From contig JAUZRQ010000023.1 in NCBI GenBank assembly GCA_030950365.1, positions 3,235-67,234 on the forward strand: a DNA stretch of 64,000 nucleotides. The letters run 5' to 3'. Position numbers and translations under genes: made by a program. Each line of letters opens with the position of its first letter. The stretch's first letter is position 1. The stretch is from Candidatus Zhuqueibacterota bacterium. Lineage in GTDB: Bacteria; Zhuqueibacterota; Zhuqueibacteria; Zhuqueibacterales; Geothermadaptataceae. The notes under the pieces were generated by a model. It did no database searches. It saw only the letters and a list, made by a program, of their open reading frames with translations, and was not told where the DNA came from. This document shows positions 9,274-16,966 of this stretch, one piece after another.

Positions 9274-11019
9274 TCATTGTCGGTGATGCTTTTTACCAGC
9301 CAGCCAGACCAGCCCCATGAGAAAGGCGACGTTGAGGGCGGCGAAAACGCCTTTTTCCGGCACCGAATCGGCATCGTTATAGCTAAAGCCCAGCGCTCCG
9401 CAGCAGCCGCCCCCATCCGGTGGCTTTGTGGTGATCCTGAAACGGATGGTATGGCTGCGGCCGGTGTTGCCGGCATCATCGGTGGCCTCCACGTAATACG
9501 AAATGTCCGTTTCCAGGGGCTGTCCCGGAATGCTGGCTTTATATGTATCTGTACCGACATTCTGCATGGTTACGGACTGGCTGGCGCCCCCATTCAGCGA
9601 ATAAACCAATTTCACCGAAGCGATATTGCCATCGTCGGTCGCTTCCGCGTTGACAACGTATGGCCCGCTGGTATCGGCCGTGTTTTTCCACTGCGTGACA
9701 AAGCCCACCAGCGGATCGGTTGACAGCGCTTTGGTGGCGTTGAGCCGGCCACCAGTCACGGTTTTGCCGATGAAAGCCGATTTGCGATCCACGCTGCCCA
9801 TCAGGCGGATGAACACCTGCCGGTAGGTCAGGTTCGGAAATTTCGACCAGATCAGCGCTGCCACGCCACTCACATGCGGGGTGGCCATGGATGTGCCGTT
9901 CAAGCTTTGATACAGATCACGCGGTTTGGTGCTCCAGATGTTCACGCCCGGTGCCGCCAGATCCACCGTGGTCTCGCCATAGTTGGAAAAGCTGGCCATT
10001 TTGTCGTTGCGGTCGGACGCCGCCACGGCCACCACGTTATCCACATCGTAATTGGACGGATAGTTGGCCGAGCGATCGTTGTCATTGCTCTCGTTGCCCG
10101 CCGCCGCCACAAACAGCGCGCCTTTGCTGCGCGCATACTGGATGGCGTCTTTGAGCGCCTGCGAAAAACCGCCGCCGCCCCAGCTATTGCTGAGCACGTG
10201 CGCGCCCATATCGGCTGCATAGATGATCGCCGGAATGGCGTCCGCCAGTGTGCCGCTGCCATTGCGATCCAGAAACTTCAGCGGCAAGATGGACACCTGC
10301 CAGTTGACGCCGACCACTCCCTTGCCATTGTTGCCGACCGCGCCCACGGTGCCGGCCACATGCGTGCCGTGCCCGTTGTCATCCCAGGGATCGTTGTTCT
10401 TGAAAATGAAATTCCAGCCGCGCCAGTCATCCACGTAGCCATTGCCGTCGTCATCGACGCCGTTGTTTTCCTTGCCCCCGCCGGTTTCGCCAGGATTGTG
10501 CCAGATGTTGTCTTTGAGATCCTCATGATCGTAATCCACACCGGTATCGATGATGGCCACGAGAATATCGCGGCTGCCGGTGGTGATGTCCCAGGCCTCC
10601 GGCGCGTCAATGTCGGCGTCGTTGCTGTTGTTGAGCCCCCAGAGCCGGTCAAAGCGCGGATCGTTGGGCGTGATGGGAGGCGTGCGTCGGGCCATGGTAT
10701 GATAGATGTAATTGGGCTCAACGTATTCCACATTCGGATCGTTTTCATAAACTTCGATGGCCGATTGTACGGTAACGCCCGGTTTGACTTTGCAATGAAA
10801 AATGTTGAGGGCGGAATAATAGTGGACGACGTCCAGTCCGGCGGCGGCAAGGCTGCTTTCTTGTGCGGTTCGTGCCAGCCCGGTCCGGTATTTGACGATA
10901 AGCTCGCCCTGCACCGATTCCACCTGAATTTCCTGCTGCCCGAGGGCCTGTGATCCCGTCACTGCGATCAGCAAGAGAAACAGCGCCAGATTATAAAGAA
11001 AGGTATGTACACCCCTCAT
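9274..11019 (-). CDS. secreted subtilisin-like serine peptidase (S8) with N-terminal propeptide and C-terminal membrane-anchor/sorting-like tail
   Basis: 581-aa ORF with GAAGGAGG SD. Catalytic motifs IIDTGVD (Asp), HGTHVAGT (His) and GTSMATPHVSG (Ser). Signal peptide present. The C-terminus has a hydrophobic helix plus KKHHRQ. Confidence 0.9.
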   Translation of the reverse strand: MRGVHTFLYNLALFLLLIAVTGSQALGQQEIQVESVQGELIVKYRTGLARTAQESSLAAAGLDVVHYYSALNIFHCKVKPGVTVQSAIEVYENDPNVEYVEPNYIYHTMARRTPPITPNDPRFDRLWGLNNSNDADIDAPEAWDITTGSRDILVAIIDTGVDYDHEDLKDNIWHNPGETGGGKENNGVDDDGNGYVDDWRGWNFIFKNNDPWDDNGHGTHVAGTVGAVGNNGKGVVGVNWQVSILPLKFLDRNGSGTLADAIPAIIYAADMGAHVLSNSWGGGGFSQALKDAIQYARSKGALFVAAAGNESNDNDRSANYPSNYDVDNVVAVAASDRNDKMASFSNYGETTVDLAAPGVNIWSTKPRDLYQSLNGTSMATPHVSGVAALIWSKFPNLTYRQVFIRLMGSVDRKSAFIGKTVTGGRLNATKALSTDPLVGFVTQWKNTADTSGPYVVNAEATDDGNIASVKLVYSLNGGASQSVTMQNVGTDTYKASIPGQPLETDISYYVEATDDAGNTGRSHTIRFRITTKPPDGGGCCGALGFSYNDADSVPEKGVFAALNVAFLMGLVWLAGKKHHRQ

Positions 11020-11124
11020 GATACCTCCTTCGCGCGTGCGCGCACTTTGAGGTGGATCGTAAAGCCGATCGGCTGTTGGTCTCCGCCGACCACATCCCCG
11101 TACCGATCGGCCTGAATTTTTGGA

Positions 11125-12021
11125 CTAAAGTACCTGGTTGCGAAGCAGCCCGATTTCGGCCACTTCAACTTCCACCCAGTCTCCTGCATGCAAAGGTCCC
11201 ACGCCCTCTGGCGTACCCGTTGCAATGATATCCCCGGGATACAGGGTCATGTACGTTGAAATGTAGGAAATGAGGTCTGGGATGGGAAATAGCAGGTCCC
11301 CTGTGTGCCCTTTCTGGCGTTCTTCATCATTGACGCGCAGAGTCAACGTCAAATCATGCGGATCGGCAATTTCGCTGGCCGGAACCAGACACGGCCCGAT
11401 GGGGCAAAACGTATCGATGCTTTTGGAGCGAAACCAGGGCAAACCGCGCTCTTTGTCTTTTTTTTGCAAATCGCGCGCCGTCACATCGTTCACCAGCGTA
11501 TAGGCGCCGATGTATTCCATCGCCGCTTGCGGATCGATGTTCCGGCCGGTCTTGCCGATCACCAACGCGATTTCCCCTTCGTAATCCACGCGCCCGACAT
11601 CCTTTGGGAGCCGGATCGGCTCTTTGGTGGCGATCATGGATGACGGCGCTTTGGCGAACAGGATGGGCTCATCCGGAATCTGATTGCCCAGCTCCAGGGC
11701 GTGCCGGCCATAGTTGCGGCCAACGCAGACGATTTTGGAAGGACGTTGGATCGGAATCGAAATCGTGTGCGGATTGCGTACGATCAAATCATCGAGAGGT
11801 CGGTACTGTTTCAGGGTGTCGAACAATTCATTGAACACGTCCGAATGGAACAGATCCATTTCTAGCATAATCTGAATGAAAGACAGGGTCGGCCCCTGTC
11901 CCTTCAGTTTCAATTGCTTATAAATTTCCCAGGCCCGGGTAAAATGGTACAACTTGCCGTGCCACTCCACTCCGACAAACGGCTGCTGATCACGATCCTG
12001 AAAGGCAAATACACGAATCAA
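11125..12021 (-). CDS. fumarylacetoacetate hydrolase (FAH) family protein
   Basis: 298-aa ORF. The start is TTG at 12021, with AGGAAAGGAAG upstream. The core GRNYGRHALELGN...DYEGEIALVIGK...GD..ATGTPEGVG is typical of FAH-family hydratases/isomerases. Confidence 0.8.
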   Translation of the reverse strand: MIRVFAFQDRDQQPFVGVEWHGKLYHFTRAWEIYKQLKLKGQGPTLSFIQIMLEMDLFHSDVFNELFDTLKQYRPLDDLIVRNPHTISIPIQRPSKIVCVGRNYGRHALELGNQIPDEPILFAKAPSSMIATKEPIRLPKDVGRVDYEGEIALVIGKTGRNIDPQAAMEYIGAYTLVNDVTARDLQKKDKERGLPWFRSKSIDTFCPIGPCLVPASEIADPHDLTLTLRVNDEERQKGHTGDLLFPIPDLISYISTYMTLYPGDIIATGTPEGVGPLHAGDWVEVEVAEIGLLRNQVL

Positions 12022-12137
12022 GCGGGCTTCCTTTCCTCAATTGATGGGCTTTTCGAAAACTGCCTTTGCTCGATATTGGCTGAGCGTAAAGCCTTTTGAA
12101 GAAAACCTGTTTGCGATCGTATGCCACATTCGACACT

Positions 12138-12166
12138 ATTATAACCTATTGCTCATACAAAGGCAA
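12138..12166 (-). promoter_or_regulatory. sigma70-like promoter candidate for the FAH gene
   Basis: Minus strand reads TTGCCT (12166-12161), a 17-nt spacer, then TATAAT (12143-12138). This sits ~115 nt upstream of the TTG start. Confidence 0.4.
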
Positions 12167-12320
12167 GCAAAAATTGGTAAGCGCTCAGGCCGATGCCTGA
12201 GGCTGTGCATCACATGGCGGTGAAGAATATGGCAGTGGAGAAGCGCTCCATAAGGGATTCGGGATAGGGTTCGGCACAAAGGCACCAAAAAAGCCGTTGC
12301 GCGCCACGCCTGCAAAGAAA

Positions 12321-12340
12321 ATCTGTGCAAATCAGTGAAA
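12321..12340 (-). repeat. fragment of repeat module 1 (reverse orientation)
   Basis: atctgtgcaaatcagtgaaa is the exact reverse complement (20/20) of tttcactgatttgcacagat inside module 1 at 654-693 and 933-972. Confidence 0.85.
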
Positions 12341-12422
12341 GGGGGGCCATCCATACGCGCCCTGCGGCAACCGAAACAGGGCTGCAATGCGTCAGGCACA
12401 TCTGCATTTCGATATATTCCCT

Positions 12423-12524
12423 GTCATTCTGGTTTTCCGGTATGTCTTTCTACCGAACGAGCCCACAATGAGATCCCGGCATTTCAACGGTTCCCTTCCG
12501 GTCGCCGCTGAAAGCCGGAATGAC
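12423..12524. repeat. ~100-nt element bounded by 10-bp inverted repeats
   Basis: gtcattctgg (12423-12432) pairs with ccggaatgac (12515-12524) at 9/10 Watson-Crick positions plus one G-U. The interior holds a local hairpin cggta/taccg. Confidence 0.5.
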
Positions 12525-12610
12525 CAATCGCTGGAGAGGCCGAATAGGAACTCAAGTGCGTTGATTTGCATATAGCCTAAAATCAAAAATGAGGCTTACC
12601 ACAAAAGCAG

Positions 12611-12631
12611 AAATCAGTGAAATCCGTGGTT
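12611..12631 (-). repeat. fragment of repeat module 1 (reverse orientation)
   Basis: aaatcagtgaaatccgtggtt matches the reverse complement of module 1 (aaatcagtgaaatcagtggtt) at 20/21 positions. Confidence 0.75.
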
Positions 12632-12655
12632 TCCCCTGATTCCCACAGCCGTGAC

Positions 12656-14185
12656 CTACTCCACCAGGCTCCGGCCCGTTTCAAAATCATACAACGTTTT
12701 GCGTTTCAAATCCGCCAGGGCAAGCTGATAATCGATGTAAGCTTCCAGGTAGGCCATGCGCGCGCGGGTCAGCCGGTCACGGTCCAGAGCCAGCTCCTGC
12801 GTGGTGATATCGCCGTTATCAAAGCGGGCCAGGCTGATCTGGTAACTGCGCTCTGCCACCTGCTGGCTCTTTTCCAGCACGCGCAGCCGACTTTGCGCTT
12901 CGTGCACACGTGCCACCACATCCTTGATTTCCCGGACCACCGTCTCGCGCTGGTTTTCCAGTTGCACGCGCACCTGATCGAGCTGCGCTATGGCAGCGGC
13001 GGTTTCCGCGCGGTTGACGCCGGAGTCCCACAGCGGCATCTGCACCGAAAACACGATGCCCCGGTTGCGCGGCCGCTTGCGCAAATCCTCGATGCTCGAC
13101 CGGAACAATTCACCGGTGGCCGTGGGATACGGCAGCGCCGCATCGCTGACGCCGGTGAGCTCATAATAGGCCAGCAACTCGGCCTTGAATTCCGAACGCG
13201 CGTCGATCTTCTTCACATTGATTTCTTGCAGCCGTTTCTCGATCTCCAGCTCGCGAATCTCCGACCGGTGCGCCAGCCCGTATTCGATCGCCTTCTGCAG
13301 GTCCACCGTGATTTCGCGGTACTTTACCTCAGCGATCACATCCACGCGTTCCGAAATCGGCATGCCGATGGTCTGTTTGAACACATCCTCCTGCCGCTGC
13401 AGATTGGTTTCCGCCGAAAATACCTTATTCTGACTCTGCGCCAGATCGACCTCGGCCTGCAACGCCTCCACTTCCGGGATGAGGCCGGCTTCGTACTTTT
13501 TGCGCGCCAGCTCATAGGCTTCCCGCTGTTGCCGCATTTCCTCCTGCGCGATTTCCAGCTCGCGCCTGGCGCGGTACAGCATGTAAAACGCCTGCGTGAC
13601 CTGATAAATCACATCCAGCTCAGTGCGTTTGATCCGGTCGGAGGCACGCCGGTAGTTCAAATCGGCTTCTTCATATCCCAGTTTCAGCGTGTTGATGGTG
13701 AACAGCGGCTGGCGGAACTGCAGGCCGACGGAGGTATAAAAATCCCGTCGCTTGAGCTGGCTTTCCGTGTTGGCCAGAAAGGTGGAGACATCCTGCTGGT
13801 ATAAATTGGTCGACAGGGTGAACACGCCGTTGGTGGGCAGCGGCTGGTTGATATTCAAACTGCCGGAGAAGCGCAGCGTCCCACGCGTGTTGTACACCGG
13901 CAGGCCATCGGCCACATCCACGGACAGCAGCCGCTCGGTGAGGTTGGGCAAATTGAATTGCAGTTGTGCGTTGGTTTTAAACGCGCCCTTGCGCGCCAGC
14001 AGGGTCTGCCGCGCCGATTCCAGCGACAGCCCAAGACTGCGGATCTGATAGCTGCGCTGCAATGCGTATCGAATCGCCTCCTGCAATGTGAAAACCCGTT
14101 TGGGTGCATCGTCTTTCGGATGCGTCTGCGCCGCGGCCATCCACGGAACCAGTACCAGCATCAACAGACGGATACGCCTCTTCAT
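12656..14185 (-). CDS. TolC-family outer membrane efflux protein
   Basis: 509-aa ORF with GGAGGG SD and signal peptide MKRRIRLLMLVLVPWMAAAQ. Long heptad-rich helical segments in two repeats. Last gene of the adaptor-permease-OMP string. Confidence 0.85.
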   Translation of the reverse strand: MKRRIRLLMLVLVPWMAAAQTHPKDDAPKRVFTLQEAIRYALQRSYQIRSLGLSLESARQTLLARKGAFKTNAQLQFNLPNLTERLLSVDVADGLPVYNTRGTLRFSGSLNINQPLPTNGVFTLSTNLYQQDVSTFLANTESQLKRRDFYTSVGLQFRQPLFTINTLKLGYEEADLNYRRASDRIKRTELDVIYQVTQAFYMLYRARRELEIAQEEMRQQREAYELARKKYEAGLIPEVEALQAEVDLAQSQNKVFSAETNLQRQEDVFKQTIGMPISERVDVIAEVKYREITVDLQKAIEYGLAHRSEIRELEIEKRLQEINVKKIDARSEFKAELLAYYELTGVSDAALPYPTATGELFRSSIEDLRKRPRNRGIVFSVQMPLWDSGVNRAETAAAIAQLDQVRVQLENQRETVVREIKDVVARVHEAQSRLRVLEKSQQVAERSYQISLARFDNGDITTQELALDRDRLTRARMAYLEAYIDYQLALADLKRKTLYDFETGRSLVE

Positions 14186-14196
14186 GTATGCCCTCC

Positions 14197-15420
14197 TTAT
14201 TCATACCGCAACGATTCGATGGGATCCAGGAACGCTGCCTTTCGTGCGGGGTACAGACCGAAAATGATGCCCACGGCGGCGGACACGCCGAATGCCAGCA
14301 GCACGGCGAAAACCGACACGACGGTCTTCCAGCCGGCGTAAAAGGTGATGAGCCCGGTCATGCCCCAGCCCAGCAGAATGCCGATGATGCCGCCGAGGAT
14401 GCTCAGCGATGCCGATTCAAACAGGAACTGGCTGAGAATATCCCGCCGGGTGGCGCCAATGGCCCGACGGATACCGATTTCGCGCGTGCGCTCCATCACC
14501 GACGCCAGCATGATGTTCATGATGCCGATCCCGCCCACCAGCAACGAAATGCTGGCAATGGCGCCCATCACCACGTTGAAAATGCGCTGCGTCTTCTGGC
14601 GCTGCCGCAGCAGCTCCACGGGAATGGAGATCTGATAATCCTGCACTTCGCGGTGCAGCCGGTTCAGCGTGGCGTTGACGATGTTGGCGGCCTCGCGAAT
14701 GCGATCCACCTCGCTGACCGACGCCACGATGCGGTCGATCTCGGCCTCGAACGTTTCCCGCGGAAACCGTTGCTGTGCCGTGAAATAGGGGATGTAAATT
14801 TGCTTGTTGAGATCGTAACCGGCCACGCTCCTGCCGGCGAGCTTGTATTCCATCACGCCGATGACCGTAAACCAGTCGCGATCGATTTTGATTTTTTCGC
14901 CCAGCGGATTTTTAAAATAGAACAGATCGCGTTTGATGCTCGCCCCGAGCACGCACACGCGGCGCTTTTCCAGTTCATCCAGATAATTGAAAAAGCTGCC
15001 CTGCATGGCGCGGTAATTCATCAGCCGGACGAAGTCCGGCATCGTGGCCGTCACCATCACATCCAGGCGCTCGGAGCCATATTGCGCCTCGGCCGCGATC
15101 AGCCGCTGCGGCACCACGGCTTCGATGAGCGGATTCACTTTTTCCAGAGCCAGCACATCCGCGAACCGCAGGCCGGTGGCCTGGTTGGTGCGATCGCTGC
15201 CCTCTTCGATGTCTTCCGATGGGATGGTCTGAATCAGGATGTTGCGCATGCCCATCTGGGCGATCTGCTCCAGCGCCTCGCGTCTGGCGCCCTCGCCGAT
15301 GGACAGCATGCTGATCACCGCCGCCACTCCGAAAATGATGCCCAGCATGGTCAGGAACGAGCGCATTTTATGCGAGCGCAGGCCATCGATGCCCACGCGG
15401 ACGCTTTCCAGATAATCCAT
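14197..15420 (-). CDS. MacB/FtsX-type ABC transporter permease (no fused ATPase domain)
   Basis: ORF 14197-15432 trimmed to ATG 15420, where GAGGGAGG overlaps the upstream stop. MDYLESVRVGIDGLRSHKMRSFLTMLGIIFGVAAVI is the typical N-terminal TM1. A large periplasmic domain follows, then the C-terminal FtsX helices (REIGIRRAIGATRRDI). Confidence 0.85.
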   Translation of the reverse strand: MDYLESVRVGIDGLRSHKMRSFLTMLGIIFGVAAVISMLSIGEGARREALEQIAQMGMRNILIQTIPSEDIEEGSDRTNQATGLRFADVLALEKVNPLIEAVVPQRLIAAEAQYGSERLDVMVTATMPDFVRLMNYRAMQGSFFNYLDELEKRRVCVLGASIKRDLFYFKNPLGEKIKIDRDWFTVIGVMEYKLAGRSVAGYDLNKQIYIPYFTAQQRFPRETFEAEIDRIVASVSEVDRIREAANIVNATLNRLHREVQDYQISIPVELLRQRQKTQRIFNVVMGAIASISLLVGGIGIMNIMLASVMERTREIGIRRAIGATRRDILSQFLFESASLSILGGIIGILLGWGMTGLITFYAGWKTVVSVFAVLLAFGVSAAVGIIFGLYPARKAAFLDPIESLRYE

Positions 15421-15428
15421 GGCCTCCC

Positions 15429-16739
15429 TCACCCGAAAATCATGATCGTGCGTTCATCCCGGCGTTTGCGTTTCGGTTTTTTGTCGATGGGTTTGAGTTC
15501 TTCGATGCCGATTTCCTCCAGCGGCAGGGTGGGGTCGCGCAGGCAGACGCGTTGCCCCGGCTGCAGGCCGGATTGGATAACGATGGCCGTGTCGTTTTTG
15601 GGCCCAACTTCCACCTCGACCGACCTGTACGATCCGGCGAGGTACACCAGCGTTTTGCCCTCTTTCTCGAACACCGCTTCGAGCGGCACGAACATGGCAT
15701 CCGGAATGCGGTCGGTGATGATCTCCACCGTGGCGGACATGCCCGGCTTCAGCCGCGGATCGCTGCCATCGATGAGCACCAGCACCTCGAATTCCTTCAC
15801 GTTGGAATTGCGCTTGCGCGTGGCCAGGGTGGCGATGTGCGTAACCTTGCCGTAAAATGTCGGTTCGGGCAGGGCATCCAGCTTGATAATGCACGGCTGC
15901 CCAACGGCCACGCGGCTCACATCCACTTCGTTGACGCTGGTTTTCACCTGCATCACCGACAGGTCCGGAATTTCGATGAGCTCCTGTCCGCGCCAGGGCG
16001 TGTCGCCCACCTTCACCTTGGCGAGGCCGCTCGGCCCCCAGATTTCCTTGTACACCACCAGCCCGTCGATGGGCGCCACCAGAGTGAGCGATTCCAGTTC
16101 GCGTTCGGCCTGCTGCAACTGCAGCCGGGCTTTTTCCACCTGCAGCCGCGCCTTTTCCAGGGTCGCCTCATCGATGCGCTTCTGCGCTTCAATTTTTTCC
16201 TCGGCCTGCTTCAGCGCCAGCTCGGCCTTTTTCAGGTTGATTTCCTGCTCGCGCCGTTTGGCCTCCGCTTCGTATTTCATTTGCTCGTAGCGCAATTTGG
16301 CCTGCTCGTAACTGTACCGCTGTGTTTGCAACTGGCTTTCCAATTGCGCCATGTTGGAAGCAATGCTCGCCTTCTGGCTTTCGAGCTCGGCCAGGGCGTT
16401 TTGCAGTTCGTTGCGTTTTTCCTCCAGTTTTTGTCTGGCCTGGGTGGGATCGAACTGCACCAGGAAATCGCCTTTTTTCACCAGACTACCCTCGGGCGCC
16501 ATGGCGATGATCTGAATGCTCGAACGGATCGAACGCGGCACCGTCACCGATTGCGATTTCAGCGCCTTCAGCTCGCCTTTGGATGTGATGCTGACGATGA
16601 ACTCGCCCTGCTGAACCTCCGCGCTGGCGATATCGGCCGATGGCGATTGGATGTTCCAGATGAACACGGTGAACAGCAGCAATGCTGCTGCCAGCGCCAT
16701 CAGCCATCGGCGATCTTGCAGAAAGGATGGAATCCTCAT
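15429..16739 (-). CDS. HlyD/MacA-type periplasmic adaptor (membrane fusion protein) 1
   Basis: 436-aa ORF with GAGGTGG SD. N-terminal TM anchor, long coiled coil (ELESQKASIASNMAQLESQLQ...), beta-barrel and lipoyl-type segments. Confidence 0.85.
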   Translation of the reverse strand: MRIPSFLQDRRWLMALAAALLLFTVFIWNIQSPSADIASAEVQQGEFIVSITSKGELKALKSQSVTVPRSIRSSIQIIAMAPEGSLVKKGDFLVQFDPTQARQKLEEKRNELQNALAELESQKASIASNMAQLESQLQTQRYSYEQAKLRYEQMKYEAEAKRREQEINLKKAELALKQAEEKIEAQKRIDEATLEKARLQVEKARLQLQQAERELESLTLVAPIDGLVVYKEIWGPSGLAKVKVGDTPWRGQELIEIPDLSVMQVKTSVNEVDVSRVAVGQPCIIKLDALPEPTFYGKVTHIATLATRKRNSNVKEFEVLVLIDGSDPRLKPGMSATVEIITDRIPDAMFVPLEAVFEKEGKTLVYLAGSYRSVEVEVGPKNDTAIVIQSGLQPGQRVCLRDPTLPLEEIGIEELKPIDKKPKRKRRDERTIMIFG

Positions 16740-16930
16740 CCTGCCACCTCACGGTTTGGTTTGTGGTGATTCAAATAGCCATTCGCCCCATCGCTGTTGC
16801 ACTGCCGGTAGCGATTCAGCCAATTCTGCGATTCGTCATTGCGCTTTTTTCTTTAACCGGAACCATCGCTTGTGAAGGAAAATAGCGGATGATCGTTTTT
16901 TCAGCCCGCGAGCTTTGATCAAGAGACAAT

Positions 16931-16962
16931 ATCAAACGCATCGACAGAAATCTGCGTTTGAT
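16931..16962 (-). terminator. possible terminator or attenuator hairpin after adaptor 2
   Basis: 10-bp perfect stem atcaaacgca / tgcgtttgat with a 12-nt loop, starting 4 nt after the stop at 16967. The downstream U-tract is weak (ATTGTCTCTT). Confidence 0.35.
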
Positions 16963-16966
16963 GTTC

